A stretch of DNA of 64,000 nt from assembly GCF_036321535.1 (NCBI RefSeq), contig NC_087436.1, positions 54,314,001 through 54,378,000 of the forward strand, given 5' to 3'. Of this stretch, positions 37,193 to 50,160 are shown in pieces; the stretch's first letter is position 1, and each line of letters opens with the position of its first letter. The position numbers and the translations under genes were made by a program. The DNA comes from Camelus dromedarius. Lineage: Eukaryota. The notes beneath the pieces were generated by a model. It made no database searches. It was not told where the DNA came from and saw only the letters and a list, made by a program, of their open reading frames with translations.

Positions 37193-38409
37193 TTTACATA
37201 TAATCAAGTGCACAAATATTAAAAAAGTATTTGAATTTTAAATTGCAATTTGGGTATACAGATTACAAACTTCAGGAATGAGATTGAGGCTGAAAATGAA
37301 AAATAGAGAATCATTTAGTATAGATAACATTAAATCCATGAGACTGCAGGAGATCTGCTAGGGAAATCAGTAGGAAAAGAGGGCATAGAACCGAGCTCTC
37401 GGCATTACGATTTTCAGAGGTTTATGTGAGGAGGAGGGAAAAATAAAGACTAGACATATATTTGTTGTATAGGTTTTTAAAAAACTTTTAAGTAGTTTTT
37501 ATAACTGTCAAATCAGCTAATGTTTTAGTGAAGTTGAAAACCCATGTAACCCAACCCAATGTTCAAATCATTTATTCTAATTCATTATGCAAAATAATTA
37601 TGAACATAGTGGATAAAATTTACTTTTATAGTTTCCAATTTTAGAAATAGACATAGAACAGATTTTAAACATAATTTAACTTATCAAAAACATTTCTCTA
37701 AGTTTGAAGGAAATAGAGAATAGTATTAACTCTATAAACTAGTATAAAATACGCAGGTAGGAATAAGACACTTGAAAATCATGACTCAGTATAACAGGTT
37801 ATAAGTACTTTGAATTTTAGGCCATTGCAAGTAATGAGCTGGTAATATATAAAGAAGTACTATATATATGTAAATGTATTTTTATATATAATTTGATCTT
37901 TGCATTCTTTTTTAAAAATTATTTTTATTGAAGTATAGTTGATCTATAATGTTGTACTAGTTTTTAGGCAAACATTATCAAGCTTCTTTATGATTAAAGA
38001 TAAAGACTTAGCACTATATGAAGATTGCACACTTGTGCCTTGGTGCTTTTGGTCACTGACCTGCTACACTTTTCACCATGCTAAGATTTTAAGGAAGCTA
38101 AGGGAACAGATAAAGAGGTTGCAAAGACATTTCTCTTTGTATTAAAAAGCCAAACCACCCCCCCTCAAGACAAACTTTGATTCATGGAGTCTTTACCTCA
38201 GATCAAACTTTTATTACTGATGGAACTAGTTTTATTAGGAGTAAATGCCCTCAAGTTTTATTTTCTTGAGAAAAAAAAGAAGCATTATCTCTAGAGTTAA
38301 AAGCTACAAAGGATGGGATGATACTGACGGCAAGTGGAAATTTAACTGTACTCTTTTTAATGGGTGGGAACAGTATCTGTTAGCATACCGGTTATTAAGT
38401 TCTATTTCT

Positions 38410-38630
38410 CTTTTTTTTTCTCTTGTTTTGCATTGTAGCAAAATACACATGACATAAAATTGATCATCTTAACCATTTTAAGTGCACAGTTCAGTGGTAT
38501 TAAATGTTTATAATATTCAACCGTCACCACCATTCATCTTTAGAACTGTTTAATCTTGTAAAATTGAAACTCTGTACTCATTAAATAATAACTCCCATAG
38601 CCCCTCCCCACATCCCCTACAAACCTGCTA
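38410..38630 (-). mobile_element. L1MB-like 3' end
   Basis: AAAATACACATGACATAAAATT...AACCATTTTAAGTGCACAGTTCAGTGGTATT. Confidence 0.8.
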
Positions 38631-41600
38631 GTAGATGGAGTGGCCACTGTGCTGTGGAGAAAGTAAAAAATAATGTGAGACCATCTCTGTTCTGCTTTTC
38701 CCATGCCTTACTATAGGGAAGTGAATCTTAAAGGAGAAAGAAATTTGGGGGTACAGAGAGTTTAAAATGAGTTCTATCTGTTGTAATTTAAATTCTGACT
38801 AGTACCCAGCTGTTTCACTGGCCAAACTACTATCCTTGATTCCCGTCTAATTTACATATTCCCCACAGCTTGTATATTGTTGGTTGAAAGAAATCTGAAT
38901 GCACCAGGCACAAGCTGTACTAGTCTTTGAAAGACCGTTCCAAAATGAAAGGGTTTTGTTGAGAATAATGTGATGTAAGCGTTAGGGTTGGGGAAGAGGT
39001 GTAGGAAGGAGGAAGGAATGGTGAGAAGGGAAGGAGGAAGACAAATCTTGACTTGGTCAAATGACAGCAAAGTGTAGGAATGTATGTATTTGTTGGAGAG
39101 GGAGATGTTCCTTCTAAGCCCAGGAGATATAATCATAGAAATAAGAAGAATCAAAGGATGAAAGGCCACAAACTAAGCAACAAGAAGACAAAGTTAAGGG
39201 ACTAGGGGGAAATGTGAAAACTGAAGAGTATGATATTCTTGAAGTGTTTCTACGTTTTATATCTAGTTTTTACAACATATTTTCTCAGAAATTATGATTT
39301 TCGAATATTAATTTAACACCCCAGGAATCAGAAAACCCAATTCCTAATTTAAATTTAATCTTTCCATATAGGATAACGTTGCAGTTAAATACATGAAAAA
39401 TATGTTAGTCAGATATAACGTTCTTTTAAAGCAAGCCATGTTGGATTTTGTGGAGCAGATCCTCTTTGGAAATGCTACACTATTGTTCTAAAAGTGAATT
39501 GAAATGGAAACACTTGGAACATGGGAAAAGAATTCCTTTCAAATTAGAATGTATAGTAAAAGATTTTAAGTAGTTCACTGTAGGATAATTGTTATATAAT
39601 TTGTATATAGACGATCTGCAAATTTATTAAAACTCGACACTGTATATAATATGATAGTTTTATATGGTAGCTTTACAGAAAGCTTATATTATCCAATTTG
39701 TTATACTTATTGAAACTGCATTTCAATTAAAACACTTAGCAATTTCCTTGTTCTTTCTGAAATATTTTGAATCCCATTAGTGTGTCAGTGACTTGGCATT
39801 GCTCTCTAATTTCAATAGATTTCAAGTGATAAAAATTGATTTTTTTGCAGTGCACTTTGTAGAGTCAGCATTGGTTACCTGAATACATTACAGTTCTCTT
39901 AAAACATTATTTGATGATGTTAGAAGGTTTCGTTGTCTGAACTTCTGATTATATGTGCAGATTATTCTTCATTACAGAGTGATTTGCATTTTGAGGAAAT
40001 GTAATGAAATGTGGAATTCTAAGGAATGCTCGTATATTGAAAATATATTTAAAAAGCCTTCTTTTTACACAAAAAGCTAAATTATGTCACCATAGATTCA
40101 GTGTGTCCATATCTTAGCATTTTGGGAATCATATATAATTTTTATTATAAATATATTACAAAGCAATAAGAGAAATATTAAATTCATATTTCCAGGAGGC
40201 AATGAGGCCTTATTGTTTTACCAGCTAATTATGATCAAAAGCCTTCACACCATGCACTTTTTATAATAAAAAACATTTATTACATTAAAAAATTATAGAA
40301 AAGTACAAAATTATTAATTCCTATCTCAGTGTGTTTTCATTAGATGAAACACCCATGTAACCATTATCAAATAAAGAAATAGAACATTACAAGCATTCCT
40401 TAACCCTCCTCTTACTCTCTCTTAATCAGTACCAACGCCCCAAAATAACCACTCTTCTGACTTCTGACACCATTAATTTATTTTCACTGTTTCAACTTAT
40501 ATGTAAATTGAATATGTGAGTGCTGTTTTGTGCTTGTCTTCTTTCATTCAACCTTATGGTTTGTAGACTGTAATCCTTGTTGTTGCAGGGAGCAGCAGTT
40601 GCTACCTGAGAATTAGTTCATTGTCAATATAAGAATACATCACAGCTTCTTTATCCATTTTATTACTAGTGGAAATTTGGGGTGTTTCCGGTTTAGTGCT
40701 TTTATGAATACTGTTACAGTGGACATTTTTATAGATATTTTTTAGTGCACATAAATATACATTTCCCTTAATTATATACCTAGGATTGCAGTTGCTCTAT
40801 AATCTCACCAACACACATGATATTGACATTTTTTTTCTATTCTAGTCATGCCTTAGGAGTATTTAATTGAGTCTTTAATATGCATTTTCCTGGTGGCTAT
40901 TGAAGTTTAATACTTTTGCCATATAGTTTCTGGGTATTTGGATAACCTGTTGTAAACTGCCTTTTAAAGTCTCTTGCCTATTTATCTATTAGATTATTTT
41001 ATTATTGACTTGTAGTAGTTCTTAATAAATTATGGCTGTATTTGATAATTATACATACTATAAACATGTCTCTTCTGTGATTTGACTTTTACTTAATGAT
41101 TTCTATTGATGAACGTAACATAATTTTAATATCAAATTTATTCATTTTTTTCCTTTTAGTTACAGATTTTAGCATCAATTTAAGAATTCTTATAGTTCTT
41201 AAATAATTTTTATAGACATTTTATTGTTTTGCAATTAGATCTATGGTATCATCTCAGTGGATATTGCACATCTATTATAATGAGGTTAGCCTGTAATATC
41301 TTTGAAATTTTCTTGTCAGTTTTTATTATCAGATTTTGTTTGTTTCTTTCTGGCTTCAAGAAAAAAGATTTGGGTAGTTTTTAATCAGCTATTGCTCTGT
41401 ATCTAAACGAACAATTTCAAAATCTCAGTGGCTTAAACAACAACAATTAATTAATTAATTAATTAATGCTACTTCTCTTTGCTTATGGTGTTTTCAGTAT
41501 CATTCAGTTCCAAATCTATCCTAATTTACTTTATCATACCTTCTTTGACCTATGTTATTTAAAATAGTGTTTTAAATTTTCCAAATGTTTGCAGCCTTAT

Positions 41601-42277
41601 TAAAAAATCATAGTGTTTTTTGGTAATTGATTCTTAACTGAATTGTAAGTTTTGTAGTCAGGAGATATGATCTATCTGCTGCTCAGTTTTGGAAATCTCT
41701 TAAGGATTGGTATGTAGCTGAGTACGTACTACTTTTGTAAATGTTCCATTTACATTTGAAAATAACGTATTTGTCAGCAATTGGATATAGTGCTCTACAG
41801 TTGTCAGCTAGTTTAGACTTATTAATGAAATTTTTCATATCTTTTACATCTTGCTTAATGTATTAATTACTTTGAGTGGTATGTCAAAAAGTCCCACTGT
41901 AATGATATATTTTACAATTACTCTTCATGGTCTGTTTAATTTTTACTTAATAATTTTTGAATCAATACTGTTAGGTGACAATAAATTATAGCTTTCTGTT
42001 AAACTGAACCTTTTATCATGTTATAATGACCCTCTTTATCTCTACTCATGCATTTTAGGTATATCAGCCTTTTTGTGTTTGGTTAAAATTTGTCTGGTAT
42101 ATCATTCTTCATCCTTTTACTTTCAGCTATTTTCTGACCATGTTTGTAGTGGTTGTCTTTTGTCACTAATATTCAGGAGATAAGTGTATTTTATTTTGAT
42201 AACCAGGTTGTTAAATCTCTTTTTTTCTATTATTTTCCGTATTTAATGTATTTCCTTGTTTTCCTTCTTGCTTGCAA

Positions 42278-42418
42278 TTTCTTTCTTCTCTTCTCTTCTC
42301 TTCTCTTCTCTTCTCTTCTCTTCTCTTCTCTTTTCTTTTCTTTTCTTTTCTTTTCTTTTCTTTTCTTTTCTTTTCTTTTCTTTTTTTCTTTTCTTTTCTT
42401 TTCTTTCTTTCCCCTCCT
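42278..42418. repeat. (CTTCT)n(CTTTT)n polypyrimidine tract
   Basis: About 140 nt of C/T only; produces the spurious ORFs at 42153-42604. Confidence 0.97.
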
Positions 42419-42794
42419 ACCAACTTCTGCCTCCATCCCTATTTCATCTGTTTGCTTTACTGGTTTGGAACCTATATATTCTATTTTTGCTGTTTTAGAG
42501 AATACCCTTGGCGTTCCTACATGCACACTTACTTAATAAAGTTTAGATTGCCTACAGATCTTTGCTCTCCTGAACAATGCCTTAACTTGTTTACTTTTCT
42601 TTAACCTTACAAATTGTCTTATGCAATAAACTGCTGTTTAGATTCACGCATATTTATTATTTTCTTCAGTTTTTTTTTTGTTGTTGTTGTTTTCTTTTTT
42701 TTGCATCTCAGACATTTCTCCTAGGGTCATTTTCCTTCTTATTGAAGTATATCTTTTGGAAACCCCTTTAGTTACAGACTTACAGTGATAAATA

Positions 42795-43635
42795 CTTTCA
42801 TTCATTCTTCCATACCAGTACATATTGTGTACTGGGCATAAAGTAATATATATACAAATCTCTGCTCTCATGGAGCTGAAATTCTAGAGAGACAGGTAAT
42901 ATGCAAGATAAAACATAAAATATATAGTAAGTAGTATGTTACATTGTGTAGCAGAAAAAAATAAAGCAGGAAAAGTATGGTATGAAATTTTAGGTAGTGC
43001 AGTTAGGGAAGACCTTCCTGGGAAGGTGGCTTTTGAATCAAGACCAGAAGAACTGAGGGAATATGATAGTATCTAATGAAAAAGCATTGCAGACAAAGGG
43101 AACAGATTGTACACGAGAGCCTGGCAAGTTTAAGATACAGCAAGGAAGCCAGTAAGGCTATAGTAGAAATAAGTTATTTGGAGATTAGTAGATGTGCCCA
43201 GAGATGTAATGTATATCTCAGTAACACCTGGCTTGATAGGTCGTGCTTTATGGTGAGATGGAAGGCTATTAGAGGGTTTTGAAATGACAGTTGATAAGAT
43301 CTTTTTTAGCAGCTTCACTTTATATGCTATGGACTGGAGAGGAACAAAAATAAAAGCAATTAATAGGTTATTGCCATATCAGTAAGAGATGATGGAGCAG
43401 AATGTTGGCAGTGAGAGTGGTGAGAAGTGTCACAGTCTAGGTATTTTTTGAAGGTAAAGCTGATAGGATATGCCATTGATTCTGATGTAGGCTGTGGGAC
43501 AAGGGAGAAGCCAAGGATGACTTAGAGATTTAGATCCAAACAACTTTCAGGGGAGAATTGCCACTAACTGAGATGAAAACAATTATAAGAGATGATGATT
43601 TGGGGAAGATTATTAGGAGCCCAATTTTGAAAAAA
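42795..43635 (-). mobile_element. L2
   Basis: TTCATTCATTC...CTGCTCTCATGGAGCTGAAATTCTAG...GGGAAGACCTTCCTGGGAAGGTG...TTGAAGGTAAAGCTGATAGGAT. Confidence 0.8.
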
Positions 43636-46431
43636 TTAACTTAGAAAACATGTAAAATTATCTTAATTCCATCCCTCTGGTGGTAATATAGTTTTGCTGG
43701 CTATATAATTTTATTTGATGCTTAATTTCTCTGAGCAGTTTAAGGAGTCCTTCCACTGACTTCAAACTTCCATTACCACACCTGACAATTCAGTCATCAG
43801 GCTGTCATCTTTTTTAGATAATCTGTCTTCTCTACCTGTTTTTGAGATCTCTTTGTCTTTCACATTGCTTAGTGGTCTTCTCTTGCCAGTATTCAGCATT
43901 CCTCTGTTAATGTAATTTTTTCCTTTTGTTGTAATCATTCAGGAATTTTTCTTTGCCCTTATTTTTTATTAATTTCAATAGATATGAGGGTTTTATTTGT
44001 TTACCTGCTTATTTGTTTTATTTGTTCTGTTTGGACCTGGCTGAGCCCTTTCAGTCTGAGTTCATGTGCCATTCTCTCACTCCCAGCAATTATTTCTTCT
44101 CATATTGACTCCGCAGGCTTCTTATTTTATTTTATATTTTATTTTATTTGTTGCTAGCTAATGTTGGAACTTCTAGCCTCCAGATCACTTTTCCTTTCAG
44201 TATATTGTAACTCTTGATGTCTTTACTGTAAGTTCTTGGAGCATAATTTGGCCCTTTTCCAGCTAACTCATACAAAAGCTTTGATTCTCCTACTGAAGCC
44301 ATGTACTTACATTTTTGTTCTACAATCTGAGAAGTTATTTCTACCTCTATTTGTATTTTTCATAAATGTCTTTTTATTTGATCCTACATTTTCTAATCTT
44401 TTACAGATACTAGCTTCTCTCTCTTGGGACATTAAATATTCTGGTTTTAAATTATGATTCTGAATGATCTTTTCACTTTAATTCTTTGGTTATGAGTTTT
44501 TAGCAATATCCTTGTAATTGAGTTGTCTTTCTTCAAATGTTTGTCAGAACTTGATTTTGTGCTCATTTTTGTAATTGAGATTTCTTGCTAGGTAGAGCAT
44601 TTATAGATCTTTCAAACATGGCTGTTATTTTCAAAATAAATGCTAGATTGGATGGGACACCAGAACTACACAGACCAAAGTTCTGGCAAAACTAGGACAC
44701 ATGGTCACACAGTTATTAGACTCTAGAGTGTCTGTGCTGGTGCAGCTCCCTGGGCTAAGGGAAGGAGCTGTTGCTGTTAGGGCTTGCTCTCTGAACTGTT
44801 TCCAGTGAGAAGGAGAGATAGTTAATATGTGCCAATAAATGGGGTATTTTGACATTTGGTCTTTATCTTCTTGTTTCACTAGCCATCTGAGACACTCGCC
44901 TGTGTCTTTGTCTTTCCACTTACTCTCTCTCTTCTTGTCACCCTTCCCGCCTCCTGTGGCCCAGCACAGGACCAGGCTTATATGGCTTCTCAGGAGAGAG
45001 AAGTGGTAGTGCCTAATTGTTCTTTTTCAGATAACAACCCTGTCAGTTCTCTCTGAGTTCTATCCTGCATGCTTTTTGCTCCTTCAGTGCATGCTCTAGA
45101 CTGAGGTTTCCTTCAATCTTACCTGCTTTCAGTCTCAGGAATTTTTCATACTCATAAAAATGTGATATATATATATATATATGATACATATATATGATAC
45201 ACACACACACACTCTTTTCATTTCTAGAGTATGCATCTTAAACCTGACAGTTGTTACTTCGTTGTTACTATTGTTTAGGAGCTACTTCCAGGTGTCTAGT
45301 AACTGTCACTTTTAGAGTTGATATCACTAGGATAGTATTCAAGCTCTATTCATTATTGCTCTGATGTCTCTGGACTAGTTGAATTTTATGATATATACAT
45401 TTCATACAATTAGCAAAGTAGTTTCTCTAGAAACGTGATGTGTAATATGGATTTAGTTTTATTTTTAAAGGTTAGTCTTGGTAAACAACATTGTAGATTT
45501 GGTATATAAGTCTATTTATTTTCAAAAAACGCAATTCACACAATTTATAAAGTACATCATAATATGTGTATTTGCAGGAAAAAAAAAAACAGGCTCCTGT
45601 ATACTGAGGTCACTTTGCAAGAATAGTTTTTTATATGATTACTATCTTGATAATTTCACAATAGTTCTATTTATGTGTTTCACAATCCTGATAATAGTAA
45701 AAGTATTAAGTGCCTAATCTTTCTTAATTGAATATAATAAGCAAAATAAGATTATTTGTAAAAAATTTGAAAGGAAAACTATCAGCTTGAGACTTCAATG
45801 TGATATAGACTATATATCATAGAGATTATTTGTATTATAAAGTATTTTTGACTTTGACAACTTTAAAATTGCATTCAGTACTAGGCAGAAAAATGGTGTT
45901 ACATAAAATCATAACATCAATGTAGTGTATGAAGTAGAGATAATAGTTGTACTCTTAGCCATTTTATTTCTCTAGAAATGAAATTCATTGTTCAGCAAGG
46001 CCTCTTGAACTGTATTTTCCAGTAGGTTATTTTGTATCGATTAAATTAAATTCATTGCAGGATACGTGCTTTCAGAGATTTTAATATTTCCTATCTGTTG
46101 GAACTATACTGTGAATTTTTTTTTTTTTTTTTTTTTTTAGTGTAGGAAAAGGTTCAGAAAGACAGTTTTCCATCTCAGTGTACCTTTTCAGAATAGTTCT
46201 CATACCTCAACCACAAGGTTTTATTAAATACAAATTGAAGTGAACTTATGTCAGTAAGAAATAATAAAAACACATCTTCAAAGGTCTGCTTTGCTTTTTT
46301 TTTTTTTTAAAGCAGGACCATCAGCTGTACTTCAGAGTTACTTAGAGACTATGCATTGGTAGAATTTGAGTAACTGCTATGTTTTGAATATTGTGAATGC
46401 TGAATAACTAATTGTCATAAATCATAGGTTT

Positions 46432-46515
46432 TGTAGACAAAATAATGCCCTACCGTCCCCCTACTTCACCCCTCCAAAATGCCTATCCCATAATCTCCAG
46501 AGCCTGTGAATGTGT
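46432..46515 (+). mobile_element. MLT1D-like LTR 5' start, cut by L1
   Basis: TGTAGACAAAATAATGCCC...TAATCTCCAGAGCCTGTGAATGTGTT. Confidence 0.65.
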
Positions 46516-46896
46516 TTTTTAAAAATCAGATTGTCTTTTACTTTTTTAAAAAATTGAGATAGAGTTGATTTACAATATTGTATAACTTTCAGGTGTACAA
46601 CGTAGTGATTCACAATTTTTAAAGATTATACTCCGTTTATAGTTATTATAGAACATTGGCTATATTCCCTGTGCTGTCCAGTATATCCTTGTAGCTTGTT
46701 TATTTTATATACAGTAGTTTGTAGCTCTTAAACCCCAGCCCCTATCTTGCTCTCCCCCATTGCTTCTACCCACTGATAATCATTAGTTTGTACTCTATAT
46801 CTGTGTCTGGTTTTGTTTGTTTGTTTGTTTGTTCTATTTACTACTTTGTTTAATTTTTTATTTTATTTTATTTTTAAAAATTTTATTTATTGCTAT

Positions 46897-46944
<48 letters not shown>

Positions 46945-48412
46945 TAGAGGTACTAGGGATTGAACCCAGGACCTTGTGCATGCTAAGGATGTGTTCTACC
47001 ATTGAGCTATACCCTCCCCCCTGTTTTATTTTTTAGATTCCACATATAAGTGACACTATAAAGTATTTGTCATTTTATGTCTGACTTATTTTACTAAGCA
47101 TAATGCCATCCAAGTCCATCCATGTTGTTGCAAATGGCAAAATCTCATTCTTTTTTATGTCTGAGAAGTATTCCATTGCATATATATACAGTATCTTCCT
47201 ATCCATTCATCTGTTGCTGGACATTTATGTTGCTTCCATACTTTGGCTATTGTAAGTAATGCTGCTTTGTATATTGGGGTGCATGTGTCTTTTTGAATTG
47301 ATGTTTTTGTTTTCTTCGGACATATACCCAGGACTGGAATTGCTGAGTCATATGGTAGTTCTGTTTTTAGTTTTGTGAGGAACCTCCCTACTGTTTTCCA
47401 CAGTGGCTGCACCAAATTACATTCCCACCAGCAGTGCACAAGGGTTCTCTTTTCTCCATATCCTCACCAACTTTTGTTATTTCATTTTTTTTTTTTTTTT
47501 GACGATAGCCGTTCTGACAGGTGTGAGGTGATATCTCGATACGGTTTTGATTTGCATTTCTTTGCTGATTAACAGTGTTGAATATCTTTTCTTGTGCCTG
47601 TTAGCCATCTGTATATCTTCTTTGAAAAATGTCTATTCAGGTCTCCTGCCCATTTTTAATTGGGTTGTTTGATTTTTTTGATGTTGCATTTTATGAGCTG
47701 TTTATATAGTTTGAATATTAATCCCTTATTGGTCATATCATTTATACATATTTTCTCCCGTTCTGTATGTTGTATTTTCATTTTGTACCAGTTTCCTTTG
47801 CTGTGCAAAAGCTTTTAAGTTTAATTAGGTTCTATTTATTTATTTTTGCTTTTTATATCCTTTGCCTTAGGAGACAGAACCAAAAATATTGCTATGATTT
47901 ATATCAAAGAGTGTTCTGCCTATATTTTTTTCTAGGAGTTTTATGGTTTCAGGTCTTACATTTAGATCTTTAATCCATTTTGAGTTTATTTTTGTATATA
48001 TGGTGTTAGAAAATGTTCTAGTTTCATTCTTCTACATATAGCTGTCCAGTTTTCCCAGCACCACTTGTTGAAGAGACTGTCTGTTTTCCATTGTACTTGC
48101 CTCCTTTGTCATAGATTAATTGGCCATAAGTGTGTGGGTTTATTTCTGGGCTCTCTATCCTGTTCCATTGGTCTATGTGTCTGTTTTTGTGCCAGTACCA
48201 CACTGTTTTGATTACTGTGGCTTTTTAGTTTAGTCTGAAGTCAGGGAGTGTGATTCCTCCAGCTCTGTTCTTCTTTCTCAAGATTGTTTTGACTATTGGG
48301 AGACTTTTATGTTTCCATACAAAATTTGAAACTGTTTATTCTAATTCTGTGAAAAATATTGTTGATATTTTGATAGGGATTGCATTGACTCTGTAGATTG
48401 CCTTGGGTTGTA
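46516..48412 (-). mobile_element. L1, 5'-truncated (ORF2 3' part + 3'UTR)
   Basis: ORF 47155-47439 [16 protein letters not shown]...[13 protein letters not shown] matches the ORF2 C-terminus. Confidence 0.95.
46861..47021 (-). mobile_element. tRNA(Ala)-derived camelid SINE (Vic-1-like) nested in L1
   Basis: Reverse complement GGGGAGGGTATAGCTCAATGGTAGA...GTCCTGGGTTCAATCCCTAGTACCTC with A/B boxes and a (TAAA)n tail. TSD TGTTTAATTTTTTA (46847-46860) / TGTTTTATTTTTTA (47022-47035). Confidence 0.9.
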
Positions 48413-48414
48413 TG

Positions 48415-48720
48415 TTCTTTTTTTAAATTGAAGTATAGTTAATTTACAATATTTCAGGTGTACAGCAAAGTGATCCAGTATATATATATACATACACATA
48501 CACACACATTCTTTTTCAGATTCTTTTCCATTATAGAGTATTACAAGATAGTGAATATAGTTCCCTGTACTATACAATAGGTCCTTGTGATTTACCTGTT
48601 TTATATATAGTTGTTTGTATCTGCTAATCTCAAATCCAAATTTATCCTCCCCTTCCCCTTTGGTAACCATAAGTTTGTTTTCTGTGTCTGTGAGTCTGTT
48701 TCTGTTTTGTAAATAAGTTC
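48415..48720 (-). mobile_element. Second short L1 3' end
   Basis: Poly-T + AATTGAAGTATAGTT...CAGGTGTACAGCAAAGTGA...GTAAATAAGTTC. Confidence 0.9.
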
Positions 48721-48724
48721 CTTA

Positions 48725-50160
48725 TAAGATAAGGATGCCAAGAATACACAGTGGGGAAAGTATTGTCTTTTCAATAAATGGTACTGGTGAACTGGATATT
48801 CACATGCAGAAGAATGAAATTGGACCTATTTGTTACACCATACACAAAAATTAATTCAAAATGGATTAAATAATTGAACAAAAGACCTGAAATCCTAAAA
48901 TCCTAGAAGAAAACATGGAGAAAAATGTTTATCACATTGGTCTTGGCAGTGATTTTTTGAATATGACACCAAAAGCACGGGGAATAAAAGCAAAAATAAA
49001 TGACTGGAGTTATATCAAACTAAAATGTTCAGCAGAGCAAACAAAGCAGTCAGCACAATGAAAAGGCAACCTGTATAATGGAGGAAAATATTTGCAAACC
49101 ATGTATCTGATAAAGGGGTAATATCCAAAATAGGTACAGAATTCCTATAGCTCAATAGCAAAAAAACTAATGACCCACTTTAAAAGGTGAAAGACCTGAA
49201 CAGACACTTCTCAAAAGAAGATACACAAGTGGTCGATGGGTACATGGAAGGATGCTGAACATCACTAATCATCAGGGAAATGCAAATCAAAGCCACAGTG
49301 AGCTATTATCTCATGCGTATTAGAATGATTCTTACCCAAAGGACAATTGTTAACAAATGTTGGGGAAGGTGTGGAAAAATGGGAACCTTTGTGTGTTGTT
49401 GGTGGAATATAAATTGGTATAGCTATTACAGAAAAACTGTATGGAGGTTGCTCAAAATATTAAAAATGGAACTACAATACTATGCAGCAATCCTGCTACT
49501 GGGTGTATATCCAAAGGAAATGAGATCAGTATCTCAAAGAAATAACTAAACTTTCACGTTTGTTGAAGCATTATTCACAATAGCTAAGATGTGGAAACAA
49601 CCTAAGTGTCCACTGAGAGATGACTGGATAAAGAAAAGGTAACATGCATATACACTGTGGAATATTATTCAGCCATAAAAAGAAGGAAATTCTGACATTT
49701 GCAACAACACGGATAGAACTTGAGGATGTTATGCTAAATGACATGAGCCAGGCAGTAAAAGACAAATGCTGTATGATGTCACTTATATATGGAATCTAAA
49801 AAATCGAACTCACAGAACTAGACTCTTGAATGTTGGTTGTAGGTGGATGGGGTTTGGGCAGAAAGAGGAGAGGCTGGTAAAAGAATACAAACTTTCAGTT
49901 ATGAGATGAATAAGTTCAGAGGATCTAATGTACAGGATGGTGATTATTTAATAATACTGTATTGTACACTTGAAACTTGCTGAGTAAATCTTAAATGTTC
50001 TCACCAAGAGAAAAAAAAAAACTATGTGATGAATGTGTTAATTAGCTTGATTTTGGTAATCATTTCACAGTGAATATGTATATCAAGCTATCATGTTGAA
50101 TACTTTAAATATATATAATTTTTGTTAACTATACCTCAACGAAGCAAAAAAAAAAAAAAA
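48725..50160 (+). mobile_element. L1MA9/10-like ORF2 end + 3'UTR with poly-A
   Basis: MQIKATVSYYL... (49280-49549). 3'UTR AATAAGTTCAGAGGATCTAATGTACAG. A-tail at 50146-50160. Confidence 0.9.

Larger units (their letters stand above)
40240..44620 (-). mobile_element. Long fragmented old L1M (3'UTR to ORF1), antisense, interrupted by MLT1, simple repeat and L2 pieces
   Basis: 3'UTR motif ACCCATGTAACCATTATCAAATAAAGAAATAGAACATT at ~40350; ORF2/ORF1 antisense phrases further right. Confidence 0.6.

Noticed and set aside
42153..42604. Five overlapping ORFs, including K/R/E-rich ones
   Set aside because: Translations of the (CTTCT)n/(CTTTT)n repeat
44645..44712. Possible hAT-Blackjack (MER81/94-like) terminus
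   Set aside because: Only one degenerate end is visible; too weak to call
46116..46217. Poly-T + AG strong-looking acceptor
   Set aside because: No convincing donor or coding frame downstream
46945..47021. tRNA-Ala gene
   Set aside because: Has an A-rich tail and TSD and a degenerate stem; it is a SINE
46516..50160. Single twin-primed inverted L1
   Set aside because: Each segment has its own 3'UTR and tail and the subfamilies differ
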